From: a virus
Lineage: Duplodnaviria > Caudoviricetes
IMG/VR virus record: IMGVR_UViG_3300037249_001405
Coordinates: 1-64,000 of that record
DNA length: 64,000 nucleotides
Direction: 5' to 3' (one strand)
The translations under genes were made by a program, and so were the position numbers. The notes below the pieces were generated by a model. The model did no database searches and was not told the DNA's origin. It saw only the letters and a program-made list of their open reading frames with translations. Shown piece by piece: positions 30,672 to 41,033 of this stretch. Position 1 is the stretch's first letter, and each line of letters begins with the position of its first letter.

Positions 30672-33158
30672 TTAAAGATCTTCAGGACTGCTGATATCCA
30701 TACCAACATCGAAGAAGTTATCTACGACGTTAACATACTTGAGTGATCTCGAGAATCTAACGTTAATAACAACTTTAATCTTGTTTTGACGTGCAAGATC
30801 TTCGTCATAATCACAGAAAATCTGGTAAGCATCTACGGTATAACCCATTGGGAGTATTGTAAATTTGAAGAATCTATCAATAGAATCCCAAACATCTTTG
30901 CAAAGTCTATCAGTGATCTTTCTACCAATAAATTGGCGGAGAAGTGTAGGCATTGCTTTAGAAATACGAATACCAAGACGAGAGTTACCATCATCATTCA
31001 TTATGGTATTTTCTGTTTGCTTTGTGTAGTTATCATTCATATTCCATGATTGAGTTGCTACATTCCACAATACAGTATTAATCTTCTTGCTTAACAAGAG
31101 TTGACGTGTCTTCTTATTAAATTCAGTCATTGGGTTTTGGTACTGTACAATACCACCAACCTGTCCTAGAATACCTCTAAACTCTTCATTGTTTCTTCTA
31201 TTTCTTGCTACAGCTTCCCAGTAGAGAACTGCGTTTGAACAATAGAATTTCCAACCAAGTGTTCCAGTATCTATATCCCAAGGTGATGATAGATAGAGCT
31301 TGTAAGAATCCTGAGAAATCTTAGAAGCAGCATTACCAATTGTCATATAGTTAGTGCTCTTTGCTGTAGAGATTGGATAGAAGTAGTTAGAGTTAATAGC
31401 CATGTTAGCCATGTAACTTTGGAAGCTTGGTTCTGTGTTTCCAAGATCACAGAGTCCTTCCACTGTATAAACCTCATCCAACTCAATCAAGTCAAGCGCT
31501 CTCTTCAAAGCAGCATCATTAACACGGAGAATAGCTGATGTGTTAGGGTTAATTCTTACATCAGCCCAAGATTGAACCTTTCCATTGTAAGATAACATGT
31601 AATACTCATAAACCTTGATTTGTTCATATACGATATTACCATCGTTATCCAAAATAGTATTTCCTTGAGAATCTGTTGCTGGAATAGTAGAATCAATTGT
31701 AGAAATACCATCCCAAGTTCTAACAACGTCTCCAATAGTATGACCTGCAATCTCAGGAAGTCCTACTGCAGTAGATGGTTCTGGAACACCATCGAATCTA
31801 TCCTCTATCTCAGGAGTAACCTGATCAGCAATTAACTTTTTCCAATAAAGATCATCTTGTTCGTAACCAAAGTAGTTCAAACCGAGATCATGGAGATCTT
31901 CTGGGAGCTCTAACTGAATCATAGAGAGCATATTCATTAATTCTGTTGATGTAATATCGCCTCTACCTACAATATTTCCAACAGTGAAGAATGATGCTTC
32001 ATCTGAATTCATACTAGCATCCCAAATAGCTACCTCAAAGAAGTCCCTATTTAATACAGTCTGAGATGGAGTTCTTGTTCCATTCTTTGTATATGTATCT
32101 AGAACTTTTGTGAGAACAGTATATTGTGAAGGTCCATTTTCGTTTAACTGTGCTTTCTGAGCGTTTGATAACTCTCTTGAAACAACAGCATCATGGTTGA
32201 ATCTACGAATACGAACTTTAAGATCAGATGCAGAATTAAATACGTTAATAGCGTAATATGGTTCTGCTTCGAAATCTGTAAGTTTATTCAAATCAATGAT
32301 TTTCTGTTTCTCTACTGTGAAATTTGGCTCAGCAACAGTAATGTAAGCCAGACCCTCTGTAAGATTAGGGTCGGTTTTGTCTAGAAAGTCAGCAGCTAGG
32401 TAAACTTCCTTGAAATAAACGGTTCTAACAGAGTATTTGTCTGTAGTATTCGTGTCTATTCTAACAGAAACTTTACCATCGCCATCTGGTACCTCCGGGG
32501 TATCATCATCCATTGCTACAGCAACTCCACTCCAGAATGAGTAATCTGGACTAAAGAACTTGGAAGTTTCATTTAACTTGTCAACCAAATCAGGAATATT
32601 ATCTACGAAATAGTCATAGAGTGGTCCGTTATCATCAGTTAAGTTACCAAAAACACCTACTCCAGCTACGTTAATAGCCCAACCTTCTTGAACAGGGTCT
32701 GTAGAATCTACACCAGTTTGATCGATAACAATCTTGAATGGAGTATCCATTCTCTTTAATAGCTCACCATCTCTTAGTACGTAAGAAGCATTGGGATCAT
32801 CACCAACCAAAGGTTTAGCAAAATTAACTCCTTGTGCAGCTGAAGCACGACTAACGAGAAGTGTATTAGAACCAGCTAGCCTATAACCATTAGACCAGAT
32901 AGTTGAAGGAAGTGTAGAATCTCCACCTGTGTAGAACTTGTTTAAACCTTCCACATACTCTTTTGATAAATCACCGGATGCATAAGTCTTTATAAAATCC
33001 TTTTGACTTGTGATCAATGTCGGCGTTGTAGGACCTGTATCAGAGATCACTACGCAGCCGATAATTAGATCTTCCCCGGCAGTTGGATTGATTGTAACAC
33101 TTTTAACTCTCTCTTGAACTTTGATATATGGTTCAAGTGTTTCTTTCCATTGTGCCAT
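30672..33158 (-). CDS. Tail sheath protein
   Basis: EPYIKVQE, GPTTPTLITSQKDF, LLVSRA, KINTV, RLGIRI...RQFIG, NKIKVVINVRFSRSLKYV: typical contractile sheath termini. Confidence 0.85.
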   Translation of the reverse strand: MAQWKETLEPYIKVQERVKSVTINPTAGEDLIIGCVVISDTGPTTPTLITSQKDFIKTYASGDLSKEYVEGLNKFYTGGDSTLPSTIWSNGYRLAGSNTLLVSRASAAQGVNFAKPLVGDDPNASYVLRDGELLKRMDTPFKIVIDQTGVDSTDPVQEGWAINVAGVGVFGNLTDDNGPLYDYFVDNIPDLVDKLNETSKFFSPDYSFWSGVAVAMDDDTPEVPDGDGKVSVRIDTNTTDKYSVRTVYFKEVYLAADFLDKTDPNLTEGLAYITVAEPNFTVEKQKIIDLNKLTDFEAEPYYAINVFNSASDLKVRIRRFNHDAVVSRELSNAQKAQLNENGPSQYTVLTKVLDTYTKNGTRTPSQTVLNRDFFEVAIWDASMNSDEASFFTVGNIVGRGDITSTELMNMLSMIQLELPEDLHDLGLNYFGYEQDDLYWKKLIADQVTPEIEDRFDGVPEPSTAVGLPEIAGHTIGDVVRTWDGISTIDSTIPATDSQGNTILDNDGNIVYEQIKVYEYYMLSYNGKVQSWADVRINPNTSAILRVNDAALKRALDLIELDEVYTVEGLCDLGNTEPSFQSYMANMAINSNYFYPISTAKSTNYMTIGNAASKISQDSYKLYLSSPWDIDTGTLGWKFYCSNAVLYWEAVARNRRNNEEFRGILGQVGGIVQYQNPMTEFNKKTRQLLLSKKINTVLWNVATQSWNMNDNYTKQTENTIMNDDGNSRLGIRISKAMPTLLRQFIGRKITDRLCKDVWDSIDRFFKFTILPMGYTVDAYQIFCDYDEDLARQNKIKVVINVRFSRSLKYVNVVDNFFDVGMDISSPEDL

Positions 33159-33198
33159 AATTTATAATTAATTAGACTTTATTAATTAAATTTATATA

Positions 33199-34968
33199 CT
33201 AACCCACTTCAACTAAGTAAACTGGGTATTTACTTCTAATGAAATAATTACATATACCAGCTACTAAACCAGCATTAGCTGAATTATCCTCAATAGTTGT
33301 TATAGTTATTTCATTATACTTATCTTCCATTTTTGTCGTAACAGCGCTAGAGTTTGGTAGTCTAGTTATCATATCCTTTGTTAGATCTTTCAATCTATCA
33401 TCGGCAACCATGTTGATTATCAGATTCATCTCACCTGATGATCTAGAAATAACTATACTAACTCTGCTCTTTAATTCATCGGCTTTCTTTGGGTCTCTTG
33501 TGAAATGAACACCTTCTTTAAATCCGGATGCTTTCAAATCGTCTACGACAGATGTCATTAATCTAGCATCGACAGTAGCTTTTCTATTGGATATATCGGA
33601 TCCTTTCTTTATAGCATGATGTAATGCACCTAATGCAGCACCAACTATAGAACCCGCACCCATGAATATAAGTGCTCTACCTAAATTTCCTCTACCACCG
33701 TCAGCAGCTCTTGATACAATTCCGGATAGAGTACCAACACCACCGCCGATACCAGCACCACGAATCATATCATCACTAAGGCTAAAGTCTTTTCTTTTGA
33801 ATTTAGCTCCACCCTTTCTTTCAAATATCGTATTTCCAGTAATAAAGTTTACTCTAATACCACCCCATAACATAGGTGCTATTACTTTATCCACTAGTGA
33901 ATAAATGTATGAAATATCGTCACCACCAACTACTTGAAGTTCTACTTGATAGCCATTCTTACACAATGTCTTTGCTGTATAATCAGCATTTTGGAAGTAG
34001 TGACAATAACTATCAAGGGCATCATTAATTATCTGTAATTCCTGACGAATTGGGTTATTAACGTACATAACTAATACACCAAATCTGAGTGTCATGTTAA
34101 CAGTAAATGAATCAGGTTTACCATCAACACAGAAAGGAACTACATACCTATCCCTAGTGTGGGTAGTTACTTTTGACCTTGAAGTTACCTTTCCACTAGT
34201 TGTTGTAGTAGTGTTATTATAATCATGTCCATAGTTATTGCTGTGACCACTATTATAGCTGCTATAAGGACTTGTATAAGATGTGTAAGAACCTCCTCCG
34301 TAGTGATGAGAGCTAGATGTTGTTTCTGTTGTTGTAGGTGATTCATAACCGTACTCATCTTCAATATCCATAGCATCCTCATGATAATATGAATCGATCA
34401 CATCAAGAAGATGAATAGTAGAAAGATGAGAATTAGGTGCTTTGAATTCAGATTCATCAGCTACTTTGTACAAATATGAAGCTAATGCAGTTACACCAGC
34501 AGCTAATAGACCACCAATAGCAGCACCTTGAGCTGGGCCTGCATGATCACCCATACCAGCGAGTGCACCAACACCAGCACCAACAGCGCCCATACCTGCT
34601 ACTAAACCAGGTGAGAACTCATAGGTTTTTCTCTTTCCGTCCTTATAGCCTCCTGATTCAATAGAAAATAGTTTATTTCTAAATTTAACGAAAAAACCTT
34701 CTTTTTTTGGCTGAGACTGCATAACTACTTGTGGTTGTGAATTACTCATTAAATCTTTATTAGTATTCATAGTATGATCTACTTTTGTAAGAGCATTTGT
34801 TAATTTATTCATTGCTTTTAGCTGCTCAGCCTGATTTTTATTTGCATCAGATAATCTTCTTCTATTTGTAGCTAAATTAGCAATAGAAAGACCCAATCCG
34901 GTGATTCCGGTAGTGGCCGATATCGCCTTAATTGGGTCATCTTGTATTAATTTTTTTAGTTTTGACAT
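33199..34968 (-). CDS. Multi-module putative head/cargo polyprotein
   Basis: Modules separated by NKLFS and RKDFS; several glycine zippers; Ser/Thr/Tyr-rich insert. Confidence 0.55.
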   Translation of the reverse strand: MSKLKKLIQDDPIKAISATTGITGLGLSIANLATNRRRLSDANKNQAEQLKAMNKLTNALTKVDHTMNTNKDLMSNSQPQVVMQSQPKKEGFFVKFRNKLFSIESGGYKDGKRKTYEFSPGLVAGMGAVGAGVGALAGMGDHAGPAQGAAIGGLLAAGVTALASYLYKVADESEFKAPNSHLSTIHLLDVIDSYYHEDAMDIEDEYGYESPTTTETTSSSHHYGGGSYTSYTSPYSSYNSGHSNNYGHDYNNTTTTTSGKVTSRSKVTTHTRDRYVVPFCVDGKPDSFTVNMTLRFGVLVMYVNNPIRQELQIINDALDSYCHYFQNADYTAKTLCKNGYQVELQVVGGDDISYIYSLVDKVIAPMLWGGIRVNFITGNTIFERKGGAKFKRKDFSLSDDMIRGAGIGGGVGTLSGIVSRAADGGRGNLGRALIFMGAGSIVGAALGALHHAIKKGSDISNRKATVDARLMTSVVDDLKASGFKEGVHFTRDPKKADELKSRVSIVISRSSGEMNLIINMVADDRLKDLTKDMITRLPNSSAVTTKMEDKYNEITITTIEDNSANAGLVAGICNYFIRSKYPVYLVEVG

Positions 34969-35058
34969 TTAATTGTAACTATTATAACTATTATTTTATA
35001 ACTTGTACATAGTAGTAATAATAGTCTTTTCTAAAAATTACTAACGTATGCACTACTA

Positions 35059-35835
35059 TTAATAAGTATAATCCGTTCTACCACGTTGATTCTTATACCA
35101 ATCAACTCTCTCTCTTCTAGCAGCTAATCTCTGAGCATCGCCCAAACGTCTGTTATACTCACTAATCTCTTCCTTACCTTTATTACGTTTATGTATAGCA
35201 GCAAGGCCTGCACCAAGAGCACCAACAGCGCCGCCAAGTATAGCACCTCTACCGGCACCACGTCCGATATTTCCACCTTTTCTGAACATATTAACGCCAG
35301 TTCCTATTGTAGCACCTAAACCAGCACCTACAGCAGCACCAGCTAGCGTAGTTCCGACAGCCCTACCTGCTGAGTATGGGTTTTTCTTTTTTTCCTGAGC
35401 AAGAACATCCGCGTCATTCATGTCACGAAGTGTGTTATATCTGTCATAATTTGTCACGGTAGCAAACATCTTTTCGATAGCGTAATCTACCCCGTCTTCA
35501 AATCCCTCACTATAGGTTTTATCTTTCTTAGTAGCTTTGTGAATACCGTAACCAGCGGCAGCTAATACTGGTGCAGCGGCAGCTGCAATCATACCAGCTT
35601 TACCCCACTTACCAGCCTTCATGTATCTATCCTTTACATTCTTTGGTAGATCTTTAATTTTATCCCATAGAGACTTTTCGTAATTTCCCCTTAAACCAGG
35701 GTCTCCTGCTGGTCCAATTGCTAAAGGACTGCTAGCAGGTGGTAACTTATCAGCAAACATCTTCTCAATAGCATAATCTACTCCAGCCTCGAATGCTTCA
35801 CTATACAATCTTTCTTCTGTACTCATTTTTATCAT
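35059..35835 (-). CDS. Two-module cargo protein with YSEAFE linkers
   Basis: ERLYSEAFEAGVDYAIEKMFA and KTYSEGFEDGVDYAIEKMFA, each followed by a hydrophobic Ala/Gly-rich module. Confidence 0.6.
   Translation of the reverse strand: MIKMSTEERLYSEAFEAGVDYAIEKMFADKLPPASSPLAIGPAGDPGLRGNYEKSLWDKIKDLPKNVKDRYMKAGKWGKAGMIAAAAAPVLAAAGYGIHKATKKDKTYSEGFEDGVDYAIEKMFATVTNYDRYNTLRDMNDADVLAQEKKKNPYSAGRAVGTTLAGAAVGAGLGATIGTGVNMFRKGGNIGRGAGRGAILGGAVGALGAGLAAIHKRNKGKEEISEYNRRLGDAQRLAARRERVDWYKNQRGRTDYTY
35471..35805 (-). repeat. ~335-bp module duplicated at 50049-50383
   Basis: Near-identical DNA and protein (DKLPPAxSPLAIGPAGDPGLRGNYEKSLWDKIK...GYGIHKATKKDKTYSEGFE). Confidence 0.9.
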
Positions 35836-35861
35836 TTTTAATTTTTAATTTTTATTCTTGA

Positions 35862-37574
35862 TTATTGAATTGCTTGTTCTTTATAATCATCATATGCGTA
35901 TGCATTTGGATCTATAGCTTTTAATGGTTTATTTACCATTTTTTCACCTAAATCCATTGTTTTTCCCATTACATAAAATCCAGTACCTATTGATCCAGCC
36001 ATAGTTAGTTTCTTATGGTTACCGACCCATTTACCAACATTCTGTAATGCTTTACTGTCATATTTTTTACCAGCATCTGTAATACGGTTTGCAAAATTAT
36101 CAACTCCAGCTAACCCTCTTCCACCAGTGAAACTATCTATTTTTGCTAGTGTATTTCGTACAGGAGCTTTGAAGAAATTTCTAATACCCGATCCAAAACT
36201 GTATTGACGCTGTTGTTGTGGTTGCATCATCTGCTTTGTACCACTGTTATTAGTTAATTGTTGCTTAGTTGGTAGAGGTGATAACCCTTTTCTTGCTCTA
36301 GCCATGTCTGACAAGGCTTTTAGTTTATCCTTCTCCGTGGCATAACCGGCTACATTTGGTATTTCAAACATAGATGACATTACAAGTGCCATAGGACCTG
36401 CTACATTCTCTTTTACATAATGCCCTAGTTTTTGCCCCCTAGTGAGCGATTCGGTCCTGACTAGTCTAGGCGAGTTTGTTCTATTACCCTGGGGGTTTAT
36501 TTGTTTAGTCCAATACTCTTTTCCAGTTATATTACCGAATTGATCCCTACCAATCCTTTCCTCTAAACCGGGATTTGTATTAGAATACATCTGTTGCTGT
36601 TCCTTCTGCATATCTCGAATGGCTGCCATATCTATACCATTTTTCTTCATATTATGTTGTAATCCTTTATTTACACCATAATGTACAGCAGCCATTCCAG
36701 CACCACCAGCTACTCCAGCTATTACTTTATTTCTGTGATCCCAGATCATATCCCCGGCCACTTTTCCAGCACCATTAACAAATTTACCAACTCCAGAGTT
36801 ATACCACTTATTACCTAAACCTGAAATAAACTTATTAACATAAATCTTTTGTCTGAATTTTATATTAGTTTTTTGGGATCCTTGATTATTGTTATCAGAA
36901 TATGATTTCTGTACACCACTATTTGTAGCTGAGTTCAAAGTATTAACGAAACCGGTAGTTTGGGACTCTAAAGGAGATGTTAGATTTTTCATACTGTTTA
37001 GTTGATTTTTTAAATCTTTTAAATTACTACTTGCACCTTTTGCACCCTGCCAACTACCGTAAGCTCCCCAAGTTGTCATAGCACCTGTGATTGGACTGGA
37101 AGCAGTTTCCATTGTTATTTTTTTCAAGTCACCCCAATTCTTTGCTGCAGGCATCGCAGAAAAACCCATCAAAGATTTTGCTGTTCCCAAAAGCCCAAAA
37201 AGTTTTCTTTTCAGATTTGGTTCGCTGTATGCTTTAGTTGATAAATCATTACCTACGGACATCACTGCATTAGCCGTTGCTGGGTTAGATGAAGTAGTTT
37301 GGTTTTTGTTAATGGATTCTGCTAATTTGTTTGTAGCTTCTATCTTCTGCTTTTCGAGTGCTTGAGCTTTGTAATCATTAACTGCTTGTTGCTTAGCCAT
37401 CTGGCGCTGAATTTCATTTGCCTCTGAAGAATCCATAGCACCTTTGACACCAGTTACAGCACCGACAGCAGTACCGCCCGCTGTAATCCACGGCATTGCA
37501 GATGTCAACGCTGATCCAGCAGCAGCTAAAGCCGGTAATGCAAAAGTTTTACTTCTTCTTCTAAATTTTTTCAT
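35862..37574 (-). CDS. Putative cargo polyprotein (570 aa)
   Basis: SKTFA, TKAYS, RKLFG, QKSYS, QKIYV, QQMYS and RQYS punctuate about five amphipathic/hydrophobic modules. Confidence 0.55.
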   Translation of the reverse strand: MKKFRRRSKTFALPALAAAGSALTSAMPWITAGGTAVGAVTGVKGAMDSSEANEIQRQMAKQQAVNDYKAQALEKQKIEATNKLAESINKNQTTSSNPATANAVMSVGNDLSTKAYSEPNLKRKLFGLLGTAKSLMGFSAMPAAKNWGDLKKITMETASSPITGAMTTWGAYGSWQGAKGASSNLKDLKNQLNSMKNLTSPLESQTTGFVNTLNSATNSGVQKSYSDNNNQGSQKTNIKFRQKIYVNKFISGLGNKWYNSGVGKFVNGAGKVAGDMIWDHRNKVIAGVAGGAGMAAVHYGVNKGLQHNMKKNGIDMAAIRDMQKEQQQMYSNTNPGLEERIGRDQFGNITGKEYWTKQINPQGNRTNSPRLVRTESLTRGQKLGHYVKENVAGPMALVMSSMFEIPNVAGYATEKDKLKALSDMARARKGLSPLPTKQQLTNNSGTKQMMQPQQQRQYSFGSGIRNFFKAPVRNTLAKIDSFTGGRGLAGVDNFANRITDAGKKYDSKALQNVGKWVGNHKKLTMAGSIGTGFYVMGKTMDLGEKMVNKPLKAIDPNAYAYDDYKEQAIQ

Positions 37575-37590
37575 AATTATATATTAATTT

Positions 37591-37893
37591 TTACACACCA
37601 GCGGAAGATTGTGCTTGCAAATCTTTACCTGCATCACTCAATCCTTGACCTAAACTCTTAGTTGCTTCCTTACCTATCTTATATGCGGCTACCCTACCTA
37701 TCAAGCTTCCTCCAGGAATTACGCCACTAAGAGCATTACCAGCCATTTCACCTATAGGAGACATAGCAGCACCTATACCTACACCTGTACTAACAATACC
37801 GTTATTAAGTGTCTTTCCTGTAGCATCCATTGCACCACCAGCGGTTTCTCCAAAGATACCAAAGGTTTTTCTTTTTAATCTGTATCTTGCCAT
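37591..37893 (-). CDS. Putative cargo Gly-rich protein
   Basis: MARYRLKRKTFG leader, Gly/Ala-rich body. Confidence 0.6.
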   Translation of the reverse strand: MARYRLKRKTFGIFGETAGGAMDATGKTLNNGIVSTGVGIGAAMSPIGEMAGNALSGVIPGGSLIGRVAAYKIGKEATKSLGQGLSDAGKDLQAQSSAGV

Positions 37894-38102
37894 TTTCCTA
37901 ATCTTCCTTGATTTAATTCCTTATTCATCTCTCTAATCTCCTTACCTAGATTACCTACACCAGAACCAAGTTCTCTTTTGGTCTCGTATCTGCTTAATCT
38001 ATTCATATCCATATCATATTTTCGATCACGAATAAATCCAGCATTACCTGATGTACCTATAAGTTGATTAGCTGAATAATGTTTATTAATGTAGACTATC
38101 AT
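37875..38102 (-). CDS. Small putative head protein
   Basis: MIVYINKHYS leader. Confidence 0.55.
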   Translation of the reverse strand: MIVYINKHYSANQLIGTSGNAGFIRDRKYDMDMNRLSRYETKRELGSGVGNLGKEIREMNKELNQGRLGKWQDTD

Positions 38103-38743
38103 TATAGGTTAAGTAAGTATACCTTATAATTAATACCAAACGGTAATATCTTCAATGCTTTTACTGCATCCTGAATTGTTGGGAACTCTAATACAAGAGA
38201 TCTTTCTTTCTTATCGTACTTCAATGTTTCACCGGTCAACTCAGAAGTTTCATAGCTTAAATCAATGTTAGGAGTAAATGTTGCCCTGATATCTGGGTGG
38301 AACTTATCATCACTAAATAACTTTATTCTTTTATTTCCACTAGAAAAAGGAGCAGAGTTATTCTTCTGATATAATCTGTTTCTACTACCTAACTTTTGAT
38401 CATAATTTCCTTGATCTATATTTGGATCTGCCCACTCTGCATTCTCTAATGTCATACCAAGGTTTCCTATTTTATGCATTTTAGTATAACCGGGAAGCCT
38501 TACTTGGTCTGGCATTTTTGCTTTTGCTCCTATTTTTAAGTACATACGATAACGATCCTTATGTCCAAATGCTGTTGAGATTACAAATCTCTCAATAACA
38601 ACACTATTCTCTTTTAAAACAGGAAGCAAAGAGTGTTCATCTATGACACTGAACGGAATATCACGAGTATTTCTTTGCATTTCTACGTAAAGAGATCTCA
38701 TGGCATCGTATTCCGTAAATATCTTTTGTCTAAAAATTGCCAT
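38102..38743 (-). CDS. Putative head protein
   Basis: MAIFRQKIFT leader, internal IKLFS. Confidence 0.55.
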   Translation of the reverse strand: MAIFRQKIFTEYDAMRSLYVEMQRNTRDIPFSVIDEHSLLPVLKENSVVIERFVISTAFGHKDRYRMYLKIGAKAKMPDQVRLPGYTKMHKIGNLGMTLENAEWADPNIDQGNYDQKLGSRNRLYQKNNSAPFSSGNKRIKLFSDDKFHPDIRATFTPNIDLSYETSELTGETLKYDKKERSLVLEFPTIQDAVKALKILPFGINYKVYLLNL

Positions 38744-38759
38744 AATTTATTTTATGTTA

Positions 38760-39131
38760 TTAACATACTACTGAAAGATTGTATTTCCTACCTAAAATTT
38801 CTAGAATATCATAAATAATACCCTCATGTTCACATTCTGCGGTTATTATTCTTTTTGTAGTATCTATACTAATTATATTTAGACGAAATATATCTTTCAA
38901 TAATTTCTGTGTATATCTATATAATTCTTTATCCTGAACACTTATTTGATAATTCCCATGATCATTGAGAATAAATGAGACAAGAACCATTGATTTTGAA
39001 TTGACTTTTGACGCAGCATCAGCCTGTTCAGGAGATATTTTATTGACTTTAATACCACTAGCATCGAAAAATTCTAATGCTTTAGGCATCATGTCAGTTA
39101 TGATTGTTTTCTTTTGTCTAAATGAAATCAT
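38760..39131 (-). CDS. Hypothetical virion protein
   Basis: MISFRQKK leader-like start; in the head operon. Confidence 0.5.
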   Translation of the reverse strand: MISFRQKKTIITDMMPKALEFFDASGIKVNKISPEQADAASKVNSKSMVLVSFILNDHGNYQISVQDKELYRYTQKLLKDIFRLNIISIDTTKRIITAECEHEGIIYDILEILGRKYNLSVVC

Positions 39132-40225
39132 GATTCGTTGCTTTTTTGACTCATTAAGGTTGCTGAAATATCCTCTAAGAATTTATATCTTGTGTCGAAT
39201 ACTTCATAAAAATATAATTCACATCGGAATTGACATTGATAAGAGAAGTTTGAATTATCATCAGGTTGATACATATGATTAAACTCTTCCGTTATACCAC
39301 CTGTCCATTTTATAGCTGCTGTCCATCTATTGCCATATTTATCTGTTGTTTTGAACTCACAGAAATTACTTAATAGATTTACATTGTTAAATTTATTCTT
39401 AAAATCAAAGAATAAAACCATATCAGTTGTATGTAAGGTAAAATCAACTGGAATTCTTTGACTTATAATATTTTCATCAAAATCATCTATGTATGGGTGA
39501 TTAATCTTCATAGGAGTTTGCGAGAATTGATAAGTTATATAAGAAGTTTTTGTTAATGTAGCTTCTTTATTCATTCTAACCAATTCTACACCATAATCAT
39601 CTAGTATTCTTCTAATTTCCAGTATAAACTGATCCTGATAATCAATGGCTCTTATTACATAATCATCATATCTTCTCCTAAGATAGAATATTTCAGTTGA
39701 GTCAGAAGTTAAGTCAACGTTATTATCCTTTATAAGAATTTTCGGAAAATTTCTTATAGTCCAGTTCACCGGCTTCTTACCTATAGGGGCAATGTACTTT
39801 AAATTACCTGAAAAGAATACATAATCTACAAATTTTTCATCTAATGCATCATTCTTTGATACAACTATTGTGGTTTGGTAATAATCCTGAACAACTCTTG
39901 ATTCACTATCGTCGACAATAACAATATTTATTGTGTGTGAATCTGAAGTTAATTTTTTAAACTTAAGGGAGTTTAAAGAAAATGTTACGTCAGTGAATCT
40001 CTTAGGAAGATTAGTGGGTAACATTTTCAAGTCATTGTCAGTTTTTTCTAACCCTAGTAACTCGCTTATTGTACTAGAAGTTGAACCTGGTGTATAGTTT
40101 AGAATTAATGTAGATGTTTTTGTATCTTCTATCAACCCTATAGAATTAGTTTCAACAACTGAATAATATTTACAACCTTTTTTAGACTCAAGTTTCAATC
40201 CTCTGTAAATTATTTGGTTGCTCAT
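39128..40225 (-). CDS. Putative tail completion/terminator protein (gp15-like)
   Basis: C-terminal YITYQF...IPVDFTLH...YQCQFRCELYF pattern resembles the tail terminator fold. Confidence 0.4.
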   Translation of the reverse strand: MSNQIIYRGLKLESKKGCKYYSVVETNSIGLIEDTKTSTLILNYTPGSTSSTISELLGLEKTDNDLKMLPTNLPKRFTDVTFSLNSLKFKKLTSDSHTINIVIVDDSESRVVQDYYQTTIVVSKNDALDEKFVDYVFFSGNLKYIAPIGKKPVNWTIRNFPKILIKDNNVDLTSDSTEIFYLRRRYDDYVIRAIDYQDQFILEIRRILDDYGVELVRMNKEATLTKTSYITYQFSQTPMKINHPYIDDFDENIISQRIPVDFTLHTTDMVLFFDFKNKFNNVNLLSNFCEFKTTDKYGNRWTAAIKWTGGITEEFNHMYQPDDNSNFSYQCQFRCELYFYEVFDTRYKFLEDISATLMSQKSNES

Positions 40226-40231
40226 GTTAGA

Positions 40232-40960
40232 TTAATTAATCGGAACTACATCTTCCGTTACTAAATTAGAAAACTTTGGTTGAGTTTTTACTTTAACACC
40301 CTGGTCAATCTTAGTTATTTGTATATCATTAGCTGGATTATGAGCTGGAAGTGCTAATGGATTTGGAGCTGATCCTGGAGCCTGGCTACTATTAGCCGTT
40401 CTAGCTTGTGGTAATGCTAATGGACTTCCACCACCACTAACTGGTTTTACAGGATTAGGAGCTGATCCTGCATTACTTCTAGCTCCTGGATCATAAGGAG
40501 GTGGTGTAACCGGAGGTTTTGTTGTAGGTTGGGTTTTTTTACCAGCACTACTGGTTGATGCGCCACCGTTTGCAGTAATTCCAGCTTTCAGCTCTCTTAC
40601 TTTATTTGCAGCTGACATCTTTACAACATCATCACTCTTTAATGCATCTTTCATTGCCTGAGCTCTAGCTTGGTCACTCGCCCACTTTGCTTTATCTGTG
40701 ATACCAGCTTTCATCATGGCAGTAGCTTCAGCTGCAGCATTTTGGCCAGAACGAGCCATTTGATGCCAACCTAGTGCATTACCCATCCTAGTATGCATGT
40801 TACCAGCAAATTGTTGAGCATGTCTACCAAATAAACCAGCCTTAGCTCCGAAATGAGCACCAACTAATGCTCCCGTTGTTAACAAGCCATTCCTAATCCA
40901 ATGTGACTCATTACCTTGCTCTGGATTATCAAAATATTTTTGATCTAAATAAACTATCAT
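40232..40960 (-). CDS. Putative cargo protein with Pro-rich tail
   Basis: MIVYLDQKYFD leader, hydrophobic Gly/Ala helix, GSAPNP/PLALP repeats. Confidence 0.55.
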   Translation of the reverse strand: MIVYLDQKYFDNPEQGNESHWIRNGLLTTGALVGAHFGAKAGLFGRHAQQFAGNMHTRMGNALGWHQMARSGQNAAAEATAMMKAGITDKAKWASDQARAQAMKDALKSDDVVKMSAANKVRELKAGITANGGASTSSAGKKTQPTTKPPVTPPPYDPGARSNAGSAPNPVKPVSGGGSPLALPQARTANSSQAPGSAPNPLALPAHNPANDIQITKIDQGVKVKTQPKFSNLVTEDVVPIN

Positions 40961-40974
40961 ATTAAAAAATTAAA

Positions 40975-41012
40975 TAAAAAAAGGATTTCTAGACATTATA
41001 TCTAGAAATCCT
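40975..41012 (-). terminator. Terminator after major capsid gene
   Basis: AGGATTTCTAGA...TCTAGAAATCCT inverted repeat preceded by an A-run. Confidence 0.8.
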
Positions 41013-41033
41013 CAATGTTTATTCTATCATGAA

